Shown: piece after piece, positions 16,164 through 27,361 of the stretch
Layout of the letters: each line of letters starts with the position of its first letter
Numbering within the stretch: the first letter of the stretch is position 1
Source of the DNA: Nitrosopumilaceae archaeon
Lineage (GTDB): Archaea; Thermoproteota; Nitrososphaeria; Nitrososphaerales; Nitrosopumilaceae
Length of the DNA stretch: 64,000 bases
Assembly: GCA_042138025.1 (NCBI GenBank)
Contig: JBHIUZ010000002.1
Location: 3,195 to 67,194, forward strand
Direction: 5' to 3'
The notes under the pieces: generated by a model
What the model was told of the DNA's origin: nothing
Databases searched by the model: none
The model's input: only the letters and a program-made list of their open reading frames with translations
Translations under genes and position numbers: made by a program

Positions 16164-17777
16164 CTAGCTAGCAGCTGCCTCTAAAAATGCCTTAAAGGAA
16201 TCCTCAGGAAAGCCAGGCCGACTGTTAAATTCAGGATGAAATTGAACCCCAAAAAAGAACTTGTGAGATGGAATCTCCAAAATCTCCATTCTTTTTCCAT
16301 TGTCACTTTCCCCAGAAAAAACCATTCCCTTTTCTATGAATTTGTCAATGTATTGCTTGTTAAACTCAAATCGATGTCTGTGTCGCTTTGATATAACATC
16401 AGAGTTGTAAATTTTATGCGCAAGAGAATTTTCTTTAACGTTAATGTCATTTGAGCCCAACCTCAATGAGCCTCCCATGTTTGCAACATCTTTTTGCTCG
16501 GGCAGCAAATCAATTACGGGATTTGGAGTTTTAGGATCAACCTCAGTAGAGTTTGCATCATCCAAACCACAAACACTTCTGCCAAATGCAACGGCAGCTA
16601 GCTGAAACCCAAAACAAATTCCAAGATACGGAATGTTTTTTTCCCTAGCAAAGTTAGCTGTTTTGATAATTCCCTCTGAACCCCTAGTCCCAAATCCACC
16701 TGGAACTAGTATCCCATTGAATCCTCCAAGTTTTTCCATATTTCCATTTAGTGTCTCTGAATCAATCCACTCTATTGAAACATTTTTTCCAACAGATGCT
16801 CCTGCATGCTTTAGTGCATGGTTTACACTGACATAGCTGTCAGCTAGCGTCACATACTTTCCAACCATTGCAATTTTTACGGTATCCTCATATTTTTTAA
16901 TAGAGTTTACAATCTTATTCCACCTGTCCCAGTTTTCAGATGCATTTACCAATCCAACCATTCCAAATTTTTTAAAAATAATATTAACTAAATCCTGATC
17001 ATACAAAATTTGCGGTACCTTGAATATAGTATCTACATCATGACAAGAAAACACATCGTTTACTGAAACATTAGTAAACATTGAAATCTTTTTCTTTGTT
17101 TTTTCTAACAAAGGAGCAGTACATCGTACCGCTAAAAAGTCTGGCTGAATACCAATTCTTCTTAATTCCTGAACACTGTGCTGTGTTGGCTTTGTCTTTT
17201 GTTCTCCAACAACATCAAGGGATGGTGCCAGTGTTACATGAACAAAAAGAACATTTTCTGGGCCATCCTCTGTTCTAATCTGTCGCAGTGCCTCTAAAAA
17301 TGGCAGGCTCTCAATGTCTCCAACCGTTCCGCCACACTCTACTACCAAAATATCTAATTTCTCATCTTCTGCAATGCTTCGAATCCTGTTTTTTATCTCA
17401 TCAGTAATATGAGGAATTATCTGAACACATGCTCCAAGGTATTCGCCCTTTCTTTCTGATTCGATAACCTTAGAATAGATTTGAGCAGTTGTAATGTTAT
17501 GAGACTTTGGGATGTTTTGATTTAAGAATCGCTCATAGTTTCCCATGTCCATATCGCACTCTCCCCCATCGTCTGTGACAAAGACCTCCCCATGAGCTAC
17601 GGGGTTCATTGTTCCCGCATCATAATTCAGATAGGGATCTATCTTCACACAAGAAACCTTTTGATCTGATAGCTGAAGGAGTTTTGCAATGGAGGATGAA
17701 ACAACGCCTTTTCCAAGGCCAGACATTACTCCCCCTGTAATGAAGATAAATTTCGTCTGCACATATGGGAAATCCAA
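16164..17777 (-). CDS. pyrG: CTP synthase
   Basis: 537 aa. FITGGVMSGLGKG at the N-terminus, GATase GICFGFQ and HRHRFEFN. Confidence 0.97.
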   Translation of the reverse strand: MDFPYVQTKFIFITGGVMSGLGKGVVSSSIAKLLQLSDQKVSCVKIDPYLNYDAGTMNPVAHGEVFVTDDGGECDMDMGNYERFLNQNIPKSHNITTAQIYSKVIESERKGEYLGACVQIIPHITDEIKNRIRSIAEDEKLDILVVECGGTVGDIESLPFLEALRQIRTEDGPENVLFVHVTLAPSLDVVGEQKTKPTQHSVQELRRIGIQPDFLAVRCTAPLLEKTKKKISMFTNVSVNDVFSCHDVDTIFKVPQILYDQDLVNIIFKKFGMVGLVNASENWDRWNKIVNSIKKYEDTVKIAMVGKYVTLADSYVSVNHALKHAGASVGKNVSIEWIDSETLNGNMEKLGGFNGILVPGGFGTRGSEGIIKTANFAREKNIPYLGICFGFQLAAVAFGRSVCGLDDANSTEVDPKTPNPVIDLLPEQKDVANMGGSLRLGSNDINVKENSLAHKIYNSDVISKRHRHRFEFNKQYIDKFIEKGMVFSGESDNGKRMEILEIPSHKFFFGVQFHPEFNSRPGFPEDSFKAFLEAAAS

Positions 17778-17796
17778 AACCCATATTTATTCGTCA

Positions 17797-18597
17797 TTAT
17801 CTAGTTGTGTTCTTCAAGCTTCTAGTAAAACTAGTAATTTTTGATTCAATTTTAGATGTGGGAGTTTTTTCAATAATTCTTAAAAATGCACTACCAACTA
17901 TTACTCCATCGACTCCTAGATTGACAAATTTTTTAGAGTCCTTAGGTGAGCTTACCCCAAATCCAACCCCTAGTGGTTTTTTCTTATTTACAATTTTTTT
18001 AGTTTTTTTGATTGCATCAATTGTATACCTTTGAATCCCAGTCTGCATTCCAGTTGTTCCAAACATGGACACTAGATACAAAAATCCAGATGTTGCCTTG
18101 AGAATTTTTTTGATGCGTTGTGTGCTAGTGTTTGGAGAAATCAAAAAAATTGTATCCAGTTTATTTTTTCTAGCAGCCTTTAGATAATTTTTTGATTCCT
18201 CTATTGCCATATCTGGTAAAATCATGCCATCAATTCCTGCCTCTTTGGCTTTTTTCATAAAGTTATCATACCCTTTTTTGTAAAGTATATTCGTATATGT
18301 CATCAAAATTAAAGGAACATCCGTTTCTCTTCTAATTTTTTTTATGATTTGAAAACATCTATCTAATTTTGTTCCTTTGCTCAATGATATATGGCTTGCA
18401 TTTTGAATTACAGGCCCATCTGCAATAGGATCTGAAAAAGGAAATCCTAATTCTATAATGTCTGCCCCTCCTTTAACTAAACCATTTATTGCAGATATTG
18501 TTGCTTTTTCATTTGGATACCCAACCATGATATATGCAATTAGAGCTTTTTCCTTTTTTTGTTGAAGCTCAAAAAATTTATCTTTTATTCTTGACAT
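17797..18597 (-). CDS. trpA: Tryptophan synthase alpha chain
   Basis: [18 protein letters not shown] motif. Last gene of the trp cluster; overlaps trpB by 20 nt. Confidence 0.93.
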   Translation of the reverse strand: MSRIKDKFFELQQKKEKALIAYIMVGYPNEKATISAINGLVKGGADIIELGFPFSDPIADGPVIQNASHISLSKGTKLDRCFQIIKKIRRETDVPLILMTYTNILYKKGYDNFMKKAKEAGIDGMILPDMAIEESKNYLKAARKNKLDTIFLISPNTSTQRIKKILKATSGFLYLVSMFGTTGMQTGIQRYTIDAIKKTKKIVNKKKPLGVGFGVSSPKDSKKFVNLGVDGVIVGSAFLRIIEKTPTSKIESKITSFTRSLKNTTR

Positions 18598-19780
18598 GTT
18601 TTTTCAAATACTCTCCAACTACTTCAACATCCTTATCGCCTCGTCCAGATAATGTAACAACAATTGATTCTGACTTTGGTTTCTTTTTTGCTATTTTTAT
18701 TACATCAGCTATTGCATGCGCTGATTCTAATGCAGGAATAATTCCCTCTGTTCTAGTTAGTAGCAAAAATGCATCAATTACCTCTTTATCAGTTGCACTA
18801 TGATATTTTACCCGGCCAGTATCTTTTAGATGAGAGTGCTCAGGTCCTACCCCAGGATAATCTAATCCTGCAGAAATACTGTGGGTTTCTTTAATTTGTC
18901 CTTCATTATCTTGAAGTAGATAGGTCATCATTCCGTGTAGTACGCCTTTAGAGCCTGCACTAAGTGTAGCTGAATGTTTATGCGTTTTAAGTCCGTGACC
19001 TGCAGCTTCCACACCATAGATTTCGGTATTGCTATCAAGTAGCGGGTAAAATGTTCCAATTGCGTTAGAGCCTCCTCCGACACAAGCAATTACGGCATCA
19101 GGGGATTTGTTGGCAATCTGTTTCATCTGTTTTTTAATCTCTTCACCAATAACTGATTGAAAGTCTCTTACCATAACTGGATAAGGGTGTGGCCCTACTG
19201 CCGACCCCAGCAAATAGTATGTAGTATCGACATTTGTAATCCAGTCTCTTATTGCCTCGTTGATAGCATCCTTTAATGTTTGAGAACCTGATTTTACTGG
19301 ATAAACTTTTGAACCTAAAAGATTCATTCTAAAAACATTTAGCTTCTGACGAATCGTATCCTTGTAACCCATGTAAACTTCGGATTTTATTCCAAGACAA
19401 GAGCATGCCATCGCAGTTGCAACTCCGTGCTGCCCTGCTCCGGTTTCTGCAATGATTCGTTTCTTATTCATTTTTTTTGCTAAAAGTGCCTGTCCTAAAG
19501 TATTATTGATCTTGTGAGCTCCTCCATGTAGTAGATCTTCTCTTTTTAGATAGATTTTAGCACCTCCAATTTTTTCGGTAAGGTTTTTTGCAAAATACAA
19601 TGGAGTAGGCCGTCCAGCATAATTTTTTAGATAATAATCAAGTTCTTTTTTGAAATTTTTATCGTCTTTGAATTTAAGATAATTTTCCTCAAGCTCCTCT
19701 ATTGCAGGCACTAGAGTTTCTGGTATGTATCTGCCTCCAAAATCCCCAAATCTGCCATGTTTAGGAAAACCTGATTTCAT
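18578..19780 (-). CDS. trpB: Tryptophan synthase beta chain
   Basis: [16 protein letters not shown] (PLP Lys) and GGGSNAIG. Confidence 0.97.
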   Translation of the reverse strand: MKSGFPKHGRFGDFGGRYIPETLVPAIEELEENYLKFKDDKNFKKELDYYLKNYAGRPTPLYFAKNLTEKIGGAKIYLKREDLLHGGAHKINNTLGQALLAKKMNKKRIIAETGAGQHGVATAMACSCLGIKSEVYMGYKDTIRQKLNVFRMNLLGSKVYPVKSGSQTLKDAINEAIRDWITNVDTTYYLLGSAVGPHPYPVMVRDFQSVIGEEIKKQMKQIANKSPDAVIACVGGGSNAIGTFYPLLDSNTEIYGVEAAGHGLKTHKHSATLSAGSKGVLHGMMTYLLQDNEGQIKETHSISAGLDYPGVGPEHSHLKDTGRVKYHSATDKEVIDAFLLLTRTEGIIPALESAHAIADVIKIAKKKPKSESIVVTLSGRGDKDVEVVGEYLKKHVKNKR

Positions 19781-20550
19781 ATTGCATTCACCAGCTGACT
19801 GACATGTTCTTCGATATTATCACTTTTCATTATACTGGAGCCTACTAGAAACCCATCTGCTCCACAATTATGAAGAAACTGTATGTCCTCAGGTTTTTCA
19901 ATACCGCTTTCAGAAATTACTATTCGTGATTTATCAAAATTTTCCAAGATCTTTTTTGTATTGTTAATATCAATCTCCAAAGTGTCTAGATTCCTATTAT
20001 TTATGCCTAAAATATCTGCTTGAGTTTTCAATGAATTTTCAAATTCATTTCTTGTGTGTGATTCAAGCAAGACCTTTAGGCCTTTTTTGTGGCTATATCC
20101 GATGAATTCATCGATTTCATTCATAAATCCCTGATCAAACAAAGACTGTATTAATAAAATATAATCTGCACCAATTTTTTTTCCTGCATCGATTTGAGTT
20201 TTTTCAATAATGATATCTTTCATTAGCATTGGAGCATCAACTTCTTTTCTAATCTTCATAAAAAACTCTGGAGAACCAGAAAACATGTGTGGTTGGGTTA
20301 AAACAGATAATGCTTTTGCCCCTCCGTTAATCATTGATTTTGCGATAACTACTGGATCTGAAACCTTTTTGATTTTTCCTAATGACGGTGATGAAAACTT
20401 TACTTCAGTAATTAGTGTAGCGTGCTTATTTTGTTTTATAATTTCAGAAATATCCTTTCCAGAATTTAATAATGATTCCTTAATGTTATACACTCCATCA
20501 TCAATAGCTGTCTTTGAATTTTCAAATAATTTTTTTAAAATTCCAGCCAT
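19777..20550 (-). CDS. trpC: Indole-3-glycerol phosphate synthase
   Basis: [25 protein letters not shown] and ISESGI blocks. Confidence 0.9.
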   Translation of the reverse strand: MAGILKKLFENSKTAIDDGVYNIKESLLNSGKDISEIIKQNKHATLITEVKFSSPSLGKIKKVSDPVVIAKSMINGGAKALSVLTQPHMFSGSPEFFMKIRKEVDAPMLMKDIIIEKTQIDAGKKIGADYILLIQSLFDQGFMNEIDEFIGYSHKKGLKVLLESHTRNEFENSLKTQADILGINNRNLDTLEIDINNTKKILENFDKSRIVISESGIEKPEDIQFLHNCGADGFLVGSSIMKSDNIEEHVSQLVNAI

Positions 20551-20552
20551 TC

Positions 20553-21593
20553 TTAATCAAATTCCTCTAGTTTTTTTTTATTTCCACAAAAACGTACAAA
20601 ATCTTCAAAAAGACTGTAAGTAACTCCGCTTTTGATTGTCTCTAATGCAATTTCTAATGCATCTTTAAAATTGTCAGCTAAGTTTGCTACAATTAATCCA
20701 CCTGCTGCATTTAATGCAGTAATTTCTATCATGGCTTTGTTTGCAGAATTATTTAGAACTGAAACAAACGCATTAACTGCTTGCTCTTTTGTTGATACTT
20801 GAATGTCTTTGATTTCAGGTTTTGCCATCCCTAGCTCTTGCGGATCAATAATCATTTTATTAATTGAATTATTTTTCAAAAAGTATACTTGATTTTTTGC
20901 AGTTGTTGAAAACTCGTCTAATCCATCTTGGGATCTTACCGTCATAATATTTTCTGAGCCTTGCTTTTTTAGCAACAGTACGATTCTTTCTAAAAATTCA
21001 TCAGAAAAAACACCAATTAACTGATTTTTTACTCGTGCTGGATTACTTAATGGACCAAGCAGATTAAAGGCAGTTCTTCCTCCAATTTGCTTTCTGGCAT
21101 TTACTACATTCTTCATTGCTGGATGAAATTTTTGTGCAAACATAAAACCAATCCCAAATTTTTCAATAATTTCAGTCACTCTTTCTGGAGATGAATTCAA
21201 ATCATATCCAAAATACTCAAAAATATCTGCACTTCCAGAAACACTTGAGACTGATCTGTTGCCATGTTTTGCAACAATTCCTCCTGCAGCAGCTATTACA
21301 AACGATGCCGTAGTTGAAATGTTAAAGGTTTGAAGATTATCCCCGCCTGTACCACATACATCAATGATGGTCCCTTTTCTTTTTGGTGAAATTTGTAATG
21401 AAAATGATTGCATTTTATCAAGCATTCCAAGCAGTTCGTCATCTGTTTCACCTTTTTCACGTAAAAATTTTAAAAAATTTGCAATTTCATCATCTGACAC
21501 TTTACCTTTCAAAATGCTTTCCATTGCATTACTAGTTTCTTTAAAAGTGAGATTGTTTCCTGCTTTTAGTTTTGATAACGCGTCTTCTATCAT
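20553..21593 (-). CDS. trpD: Anthranilate phosphoribosyltransferase
   Basis: DVCGTGGD, AKHGNRSVSS and GPLSNPA. Confidence 0.93.
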   Translation of the reverse strand: MIEDALSKLKAGNNLTFKETSNAMESILKGKVSDDEIANFLKFLREKGETDDELLGMLDKMQSFSLQISPKRKGTIIDVCGTGGDNLQTFNISTTASFVIAAAGGIVAKHGNRSVSSVSGSADIFEYFGYDLNSSPERVTEIIEKFGIGFMFAQKFHPAMKNVVNARKQIGGRTAFNLLGPLSNPARVKNQLIGVFSDEFLERIVLLLKKQGSENIMTVRSQDGLDEFSTTAKNQVYFLKNNSINKMIIDPQELGMAKPEIKDIQVSTKEQAVNAFVSVLNNSANKAMIEITALNAAGGLIVANLADNFKDALEIALETIKSGVTYSLFEDFVRFCGNKKKLEEFD

Positions 21594-22180
21594 CTGTTTT
21601 TCACCATCTCTACAAAGTTTTCTAAAATTTTCTTTCCTTCTGGTGTCATAATTGATTCAGGATGAAATTGCACTCCTTCAATGAGATACTTTTTGTGTCG
21701 AATGCCCATTATTTCTCCATCATCTTCTGCTCTTGCAGTAATTTCCAATGTATCGGGAATTATTGTTTTATCTCCAACTAGTGAATGATATCTAGTTGCT
21801 TGAAATGGATTTTTTACATTCTTGAATAATGCATTGTCATAATGTTTAATGGGACTTGTTTTTCCGTGACGAACATGTCCTGCATTAACTACCTTGCCAC
21901 CAAAGCATTGTATAATTCCTTGATGCCCTAAACAAACCCCAAGTATTGGAGTAGTTGATCCTATTTTTTTAATTACATTACTACAAATCCCAAAATATTT
22001 TTCATCTTCTGGTGTACCCGGTCCAGGAGAAATAATTATTGCGTTATATTTTCTTTTTTTAATTTCATCAATTGATATCTTATCATTTCTTATTACATCG
22101 CATTTTACTCCGATTTCTCCTAAAATTTGTGCTAAATTGTACACAAATGAATCATAATTATCAATTATGAGAAATTTCAT
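21590..22180 (-). CDS. trpG: Anthranilate synthase component II (glutamine amidotransferase)
   Basis: GVCLGHQ catalytic Cys and GVQFHPES. Confidence 0.93.
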   Translation of the reverse strand: MKFLIIDNYDSFVYNLAQILGEIGVKCDVIRNDKISIDEIKKRKYNAIIISPGPGTPEDEKYFGICSNVIKKIGSTTPILGVCLGHQGIIQCFGGKVVNAGHVRHGKTSPIKHYDNALFKNVKNPFQATRYHSLVGDKTIIPDTLEITARAEDDGEIMGIRHKKYLIEGVQFHPESIMTPEGKKILENFVEMVKNR

Positions 22181-23529
22181 TTTGATGCCTCTTTTAGAGC
22201 CAAGATCATTGCTCCAGCTTTATGCTCTGTTTCTTTTAGCTCATTTTCAGGAATAGAATCAGATACAATTCCTGCACCTGCTTGTACAAATCCCTTATCC
22301 CCATCAAAAAATATACTTCGAATAGCAATTGCAAAATCACAACACCCATTAAAAGAAAAATATCCTACCGCTCCAGCATATGCACCTCGGGATTGAGGCT
22401 CTTGCTCATCAATAATTTCCATTGCTCTAACTTTAGGGGCTCCTGATACAGTTCCTGCAGGAAAAACTGCCTTGAATGCATCATACATGTCGTATTTTTT
22501 ATCCAAGGTGCCTATGACATGAGTTACCATATGTTGAACATGACTAAATCGTTTTATTTTCATTAATTCTTTAACATGAACTGAACCGTATTTACATACT
22601 CGACCAATATCGTTTCTTCCTAGGTCTACTAACATGGTATGTTCTGCAACTTCTTTTTCATCATTTAGCATTTCATTTTCAAGCTCTTTATTTTTTGTTT
22701 CATCGTTGGTAATTTTTCTAGTTCCTGCAATTGGAAAAGTTTCTACGATGTTATCTGTCACTCTTAGTAACATTTCAGGACTTGCCCCGATGATTGTTTT
22801 ATCATTCATCTTCATATGATAAAGATATGGAGAAGGATTCATATCCCTTAATATTTTATAGACTTTAAGATAATCGCCACTGGCATCAAAATTAAATCTT
22901 CGTGATAATACAACTTGGAATATATCTCCATCATGAATGTATTTTTTAGCATTTTCTACAATTTTTTTAAATTTTGCTTCATTCATATTTATGGAAATTT
23001 CTGAAACATTAAAGTCATAAAATTTATTTTCTGATAAATTAATTTCTTTGATTCTATTTTTATCATAATAAAAATAAAACGACTTTTTTTGTTTTGTATC
23101 AAATAATATTCCATCTTCATATACTCCAAATTCCATTAGAGGCAAATCTATTGGATGCGATTGTGGAATTTTTTCCCATAATGAAACTGCATCATAATTA
23201 ATTACTCCTACTGCGCCCCCTACATATCGATAAGATTGATCAGAATTTTTTTCAAGTAAATCTTTGATAGTTGTTAAAGGGTCTGTCGTTTTGATAGTTT
23301 TTTTAGTTCCATCCTTATAAAATAAAACTACTTTATCTGAATAGCCTTTTACAATAATTGTTGGGTCAAAACCCATGATAGATGTTTCTGCTAATTCTTC
23401 AGGTCCAGTTAATGATTCAAATAAAAAAGAGTGAGTATAATTTCGTGATATTTTATTATAGATTTCAAATTGGGTTCCAGATAGCTCTAGGGGTATTACT
23501 CTAGGATGATTGCGTCCAAATATGGCCAC
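22177..23529 (-). CDS. trpE: Anthranilate synthase component I
   Basis: GASPEMLLR, FPAGTVSGAPK, RGAYAGAVGYF and QAGAGIVSDS chorismate-binding motifs. Confidence 0.95.
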   Translation of the reverse strand: MAIFGRNHPRVIPLELSGTQFEIYNKISRNYTHSFLFESLTGPEELAETSIMGFDPTIIVKGYSDKVVLFYKDGTKKTIKTTDPLTTIKDLLEKNSDQSYRYVGGAVGVINYDAVSLWEKIPQSHPIDLPLMEFGVYEDGILFDTKQKKSFYFYYDKNRIKEINLSENKFYDFNVSEISINMNEAKFKKIVENAKKYIHDGDIFQVVLSRRFNFDASGDYLKVYKILRDMNPSPYLYHMKMNDKTIIGASPEMLLRVTDNIVETFPIAGTRKITNDETKNKELENEMLNDEKEVAEHTMLVDLGRNDIGRVCKYGSVHVKELMKIKRFSHVQHMVTHVIGTLDKKYDMYDAFKAVFPAGTVSGAPKVRAMEIIDEQEPQSRGAYAGAVGYFSFNGCCDFAIAIRSIFFDGDKGFVQAGAGIVSDSIPENELKETEHKAGAMILALKEASK

Positions 23530-23650
23530 CCATGTTAGACAACGTATCTATGTTCTTTATTTAAGATTTCTATATTGCTTGAAAGCATAGTTTGTTCTTC
23601 TGACACAAACATGATCTTAATTGAACAAAATTCTCTGTAATTCTATAGGA

Positions 23651-23703
23651 ACTGAGGGACTTCCCAATGCCCAGTTATGCCCCTCCATTTTGGGATCCTC
23701 AGT
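23651..23703. other. GC-rich nested hairpin (candidate structured RNA or regulatory element) between trpE and the divergent small gene
   Basis: ACTGAGG/CCTCAGT outer stem and TCCCAA/TTGGGA inner stem. About 53% GC by my count, in a roughly 33% GC background. Confidence 0.35.
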
Positions 23704-23733
23704 CTCCTTTATTACGGTATAGTACGGTACCTT

Positions 23734-23745
23734 TATAAGCGATCT
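23734..23745 (+). promoter_or_regulatory. TATAAGCGATCT element upstream of the 68-aa Cys protein gene
   Basis: Exact copy of 16117-16128, 16 nt upstream of the ATG at 23761. Confidence 0.45.
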
Positions 23746-23760
23746 TGAATATAGTCAAGT

Positions 23761-23967
23761 ATGAGCCAAATAGTGGAAGCAAAATTCTCCCCAAGAATTT
23801 ACCAGGACTTTGTTTTTCAAAGAAATAGTAATCCTTTAGATTCCCCTGCTAAAGAAGCTAGATGTTATGTTTGTAGTAAAGGAATTGAGGATGGGTATTC
23901 TATTACTGCAAAAAATACTACTTTTGGAACATTGCTATTTTGTGACAAACACTATTTTTCAGATTAG
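23761..23967 (+). CDS. Small Cys/His protein, function unknown
   Basis: 68 aa with CYVC...FCDKHY. Preceded by a TATA-like box and the GCGATCT element. Confidence 0.4.
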   Translation: MSQIVEAKFSPRIYQDFVFQRNSNPLDSPAKEARCYVCSKGIEDGYSITAKNTTFGTLLFCDKHYFSD

Positions 23968-25637
23968 AAATTAGGGGTAGTCACTGCTCCTTGTGCAGCA
24001 GAACCTACAAGAGATGCATATTTTGCTAATGCCCCAGTTGTATAGTTAGGCTTCGGTCTTGACCATTGGGCTTTTCGTTTTTCTAATTCTTCAGAAGATA
24101 CATGAAGATCTATTGAATTGTCTTCTAAATTAATAGAAATTTCATCATCGTCTTTAACCAAGGCTATTGGCCCACCTACAAATGCTTCAGGAGCTACATG
24201 TCCAACCATGAATCCTCGGGTTCCCCCGGAAAATCTTCCATCAGTTACCATTGCAACTTTTTTTCCTAAACCCTGCCCTACTATAGCTGCTGTAGTAGCT
24301 AACATTTCACGCATGCCCGGACCTCCTTTAGGACCTTCATATCTGATGACTACGACATTTCCTTCATCTATTTCCCCTTTGGATACTGCATCAAATGCAT
24401 ATTCTTCTCTATCAAAAACTCGGGCTTTTCCAGTGAACTTTGTCATTTCAACTCCTGCAGTTTTAATAACCGCCCCCTCAGGAGCCAATGTGCCTTTTAG
24501 AATTACTGCTGTTCCAACCCTATGAAGAGGATTTTCAATTGATTTTACAATGTTTTGTTCTTGTTCGGGAATACTCATTGCAGTTAGATTTTCATGAATT
24601 GTTTTTCCTGTTACTGTAAGACAATTACCGTGAAGTAATCCTTTATCGTCTAATTTTTTTAAGATGTATGGAATTCCTCCAATCTTATCTAATGAATTCA
24701 TTACATAATTTCCACCAGGTTTCATATCAGCTAAATGGGGAGTTTTTTTTCTGACTCTTTCAAAGTCATCATATGTGAGTTTAATTTTTGCTTCATTTGC
24801 CAAAGCCAATAAATGTAATATCCCATTAGTAGATCCGCCGACAGCATTTAACATCGTAATCGCATTCTCAAATGCTTCAAATGTCAAAATATCAAGTGGT
24901 TTAATGTTCAATTCAAAAAGTTTTGCACATGCTTTTCCAGTATCGTACACCATTTTTTCTCTTCTATCATCCTCTGCTGGAGGACTAGCGCTTCCAGGTA
25001 ATGCAAAACCTATTGCTTCAGAAATTGAGGCCATAGTATTTGCAGTAAACATTCCTCCACAAGATCCTGAATTAGGACAGGCAGTATTTTCAATATTTTT
25101 TAAAGATTCAAGTGATAATTGTCCTGCATCATATGCTCCTACTGCTTCATACACATCTACTATTGTTAGCTCCTTTCCATCTAAAATTCCTGGCATTATT
25201 GTTCCTCCATATACAAAAACAGATGGTACATTCAATCTGGCCATAGCCATCATGGTTCCTGGCAAACTCTTATCGCACCCTGCAATTCCAACTAGTGCAT
25301 CATATTGATGAGCTCTTACCATTAGTTCTATAGAATCTGCAATAACTTCCCGTGAGACCAAAGATGATTTCATTCCTTCATGTCCCATTGCGATTCCATC
25401 ACTCACCGCTATGGTGCTAAACTCTCTTGGGGTAGCCCCTCCATCAATAACCCCTTCTTTTGCTTTTTGAGCTAACCTCCCTAGATGAATATTACATGGT
25501 GTAGCTTCATTGCCAGTATGACAAACACCAATGAATGGTTTACTAAGATCATTATCTGTTAATCCCATTGCTTTGTACATTGCTCTATGGGGTGAACGAG
25601 CTGTTCCTTCTACAACATTTCTACTTGATATTACCAT
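23964..25637 (-). CDS. ilvD: Dihydroxy-acid dehydratase
   Basis: 557 aa. [19 protein letters not shown] and TDGRFSGGT. Confidence 0.97.
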   Translation of the reverse strand: MVISSRNVVEGTARSPHRAMYKAMGLTDNDLSKPFIGVCHTGNEATPCNIHLGRLAQKAKEGVIDGGATPREFSTIAVSDGIAMGHEGMKSSLVSREVIADSIELMVRAHQYDALVGIAGCDKSLPGTMMAMARLNVPSVFVYGGTIMPGILDGKELTIVDVYEAVGAYDAGQLSLESLKNIENTACPNSGSCGGMFTANTMASISEAIGFALPGSASPPAEDDRREKMVYDTGKACAKLFELNIKPLDILTFEAFENAITMLNAVGGSTNGILHLLALANEAKIKLTYDDFERVRKKTPHLADMKPGGNYVMNSLDKIGGIPYILKKLDDKGLLHGNCLTVTGKTIHENLTAMSIPEQEQNIVKSIENPLHRVGTAVILKGTLAPEGAVIKTAGVEMTKFTGKARVFDREEYAFDAVSKGEIDEGNVVVIRYEGPKGGPGMREMLATTAAIVGQGLGKKVAMVTDGRFSGGTRGFMVGHVAPEAFVGGPIALVKDDDEISINLEDNSIDLHVSSEELEKRKAQWSRPKPNYTTGALAKYASLVGSAAQGAVTTPNF

Positions 25638-25681
25638 GATAACTAATTTCTCCTAGATTTACTTTAATTTAAAATGTAATC

Positions 25682-26290
25682 CTAGGCTAGAATTGGCTGA
25701 GCATCTAATTCAGCTAATTGGGAATCAATCTGTTCTTGAGTTTCTCCGCCATAGGAAATTAGTATTCTATCTCCATCCTTGAAAACATAATCATTTAACT
25801 CCTGTACTGGTTGATGATTTACAAAAAATTTTAATGAATAGTCTTCATTGCTACAAAACACTCTTTCACCATTTGTTCCTTGAAATGTAAAACATTTATC
25901 ATCTAATCCAATACCGATTGTGTCAAACAAGTATCCTAATGTAACTCCTGTTGCGTGTCTGTGAATGGTACTCCCATCTTGAGCTTCAAAATGTATCCAA
26001 CTACTCTTAATTTGATATGCTGGACTTGAATAATCAAAAGTATCTCCATGTAATTTAGTTAAAAGAGATGCATGAACATGCTCAGAGCCTAATATTCCTG
26101 CATTTGGGGGCCCTCCAACAGCAGCACTTTGGTCTAGATTTACAAAATTATACGCGGATATCCCTACAATTACTCCTATACCACTTAAAACTGCTATTGC
26201 AATAAGCGAATTTTTTCTTTTTTCTTTTGAACGTTTAGCAGCAAACGAATCTCTTTTTTCCTCTCTTTCTTTTCTTACTTTTCTACCCAT
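25682..26290 (-). CDS. Membrane-anchored hypothetical protein (basic N-tail, single TM, His-rich ectodomain)
   Basis: KRSKEKRKNSLIAIAVLSGIGVIVGISAY anchor. No motif recognised beyond that. Confidence 0.5.
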   Translation of the reverse strand: MGRKVRKEREEKRDSFAAKRSKEKRKNSLIAIAVLSGIGVIVGISAYNFVNLDQSAAVGGPPNAGILGSEHVHASLLTKLHGDTFDYSSPAYQIKSSWIHFEAQDGSTIHRHATGVTLGYLFDTIGIGLDDKCFTFQGTNGERVFCSNEDYSLKFFVNHQPVQELNDYVFKDGDRILISYGGETQEQIDSQLAELDAQPILA

Positions 26291-26372
26291 GAGATAATCA
26301 AAGTTCTAAATTTCCCTTAATTAACCTAATTGATAGAAAAACCAATAAATAAAATACAAAGTCGAAACATTC

Positions 26373-26777
26373 ATGGATTGTATTTTTTGTGACATAATAC
26401 AAAGAAAAAAAGAAGGATATTTTATTTATGAAGATGAATCATATGTTGCATTTTTAGATAAATATCCAATTGATTATGGACACTCATTAATTTTACCTCG
26501 TGATCACTATGAAAGAGTCACTGATATGAATTCTGACAAAGTTGGAGAACTGTTTTCAAAGGTTCCAAAAATTGCTAAAGCAATTATTGAAACAACAAAA
26601 GCAGATGCATTTAGTTTAGCTCAAAATAATGGAAGAGCTGCAAAACAAATTGTACCACATGTGCATATTCATGTAATTCCAAGATTCAACAATAAAGGTA
26701 CAGTTTGGACAAAACGAGATATTGGAAAAGATGAAGAGTTAAAAATTCTGGCTGAAAAAATACGCAAGTGTATTTAA
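26373..26777 (+). CDS. HIT-family nucleotide hydrolase/transferase
   Basis: Histidine triad HVHIHVIP; CIFCDI N-terminal motif. Confidence 0.9.
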   Translation: MDCIFCDIIQRKKEGYFIYEDESYVAFLDKYPIDYGHSLILPRDHYERVTDMNSDKVGELFSKVPKIAKAIIETTKADAFSLAQNNGRAAKQIVPHVHIHVIPRFNNKGTVWTKRDIGKDEELKILAEKIRKCI

Positions 26778-26866
26778 CCGTCAAAGTTAATACTTTATTC
26801 AAAAATCGTTTGATCAACCCAAACAAACTCGTCTTAAAAGGGGGTTTGCAACAAGGTACATTGAAA

Positions 26867-27361
26867 ATGCCGTTAAATATTTTGATAGCTGAAGATAACG
26901 CCTTTACTTCAAAGCAATACAAAACTGCCTTAGAAAAAAAAGGCCATAGAGTAACCTTAACTAAAGATGGAGAAGAGTGCTATGATGTGTATAATGACGA
27001 AGCAAAATATTCTGAACTATTCAAACAACAAAAAAACTCTCCTTTTGATATAGTTCTATTGGATCAAAATATGCCAAGAAAAACTGGTATAGAGACTGCA
27101 AAAGATATTTTAAAACTTAGGCGAAATCAAAGAATAATTTTTCTATCTGCGTACGGAGAAAAAATCTTACAAAACGCTAATGATGTTAAAGATGACACTG
27201 TTCAAATTATTCAAAAACCTTTTTCCCTTGATTTTTTGCTAAAAAAAATTGAAGGTAGAGTTATTAATTCTCGTGCAAATCGAAATCTAGAAGATAGATT
27301 AAAAGGAGAACAAACGAACAATTTAATGACAATTACACAAGATAAAGAAGCCATTCGCTAA
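26867..27361 (+). CDS. Stand-alone response-regulator receiver
   Basis: ILIAEDN, VLLDQNMPRKTG, FLSAY and QKPF. Start moved to the ATG at 26867 (track ORF starts at 26768, inside the HIT gene end). Confidence 0.85.
   Translation: MPLNILIAEDNAFTSKQYKTALEKKGHRVTLTKDGEECYDVYNDEAKYSELFKQQKNSPFDIVLLDQNMPRKTGIETAKDILKLRRNQRIIFLSAYGEKILQNANDVKDDTVQIIQKPFSLDFLLKKIEGRVINSRANRNLEDRLKGEQTNNLMTITQDKEAIR

Noticed and set aside
23617-23688. 23-codon minus-strand ORF (MEGHNWALGS…) as a tryptophan leader peptide for attenuation of trpE.
   Set aside because: It has only a single Trp codon and no obvious alternative terminator/antiterminator pairing. Leader-peptide attenuation is not established in archaea. 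It is kept only as a minor alternative within the hairpin finding.
24118-25308. Long plus-strand ORFs (135 and 177 aa) inside ilvD. Similar antisense or alternate-frame ORFs occur within other genes: 1757-2065, 2731-3119, 4012-4218, 4965-5171, 9501-9791, 10585-11184, 14241-14982, 15638-15868, 16633-17278, 17765-18034, 18534-18803, 20210-20623, 21364-21651, 22634-22819, 30058-30384, 34899-35255, 36219-37006, 40961-41263, 41849-42118, 45292-45558, 46488-46733, 57683-57994, 59406-59690, 60204-60529, 61510-61725, 62554-62838, 63201-63443.
   Set aside because: Each lies wholly inside a well-supported gene on the other strand or frame. Their amino-acid composition is skewed and low-complexity (Ser/Pro/Ile/Phe-rich), as expected for shadow frames. 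No motifs were recognised.
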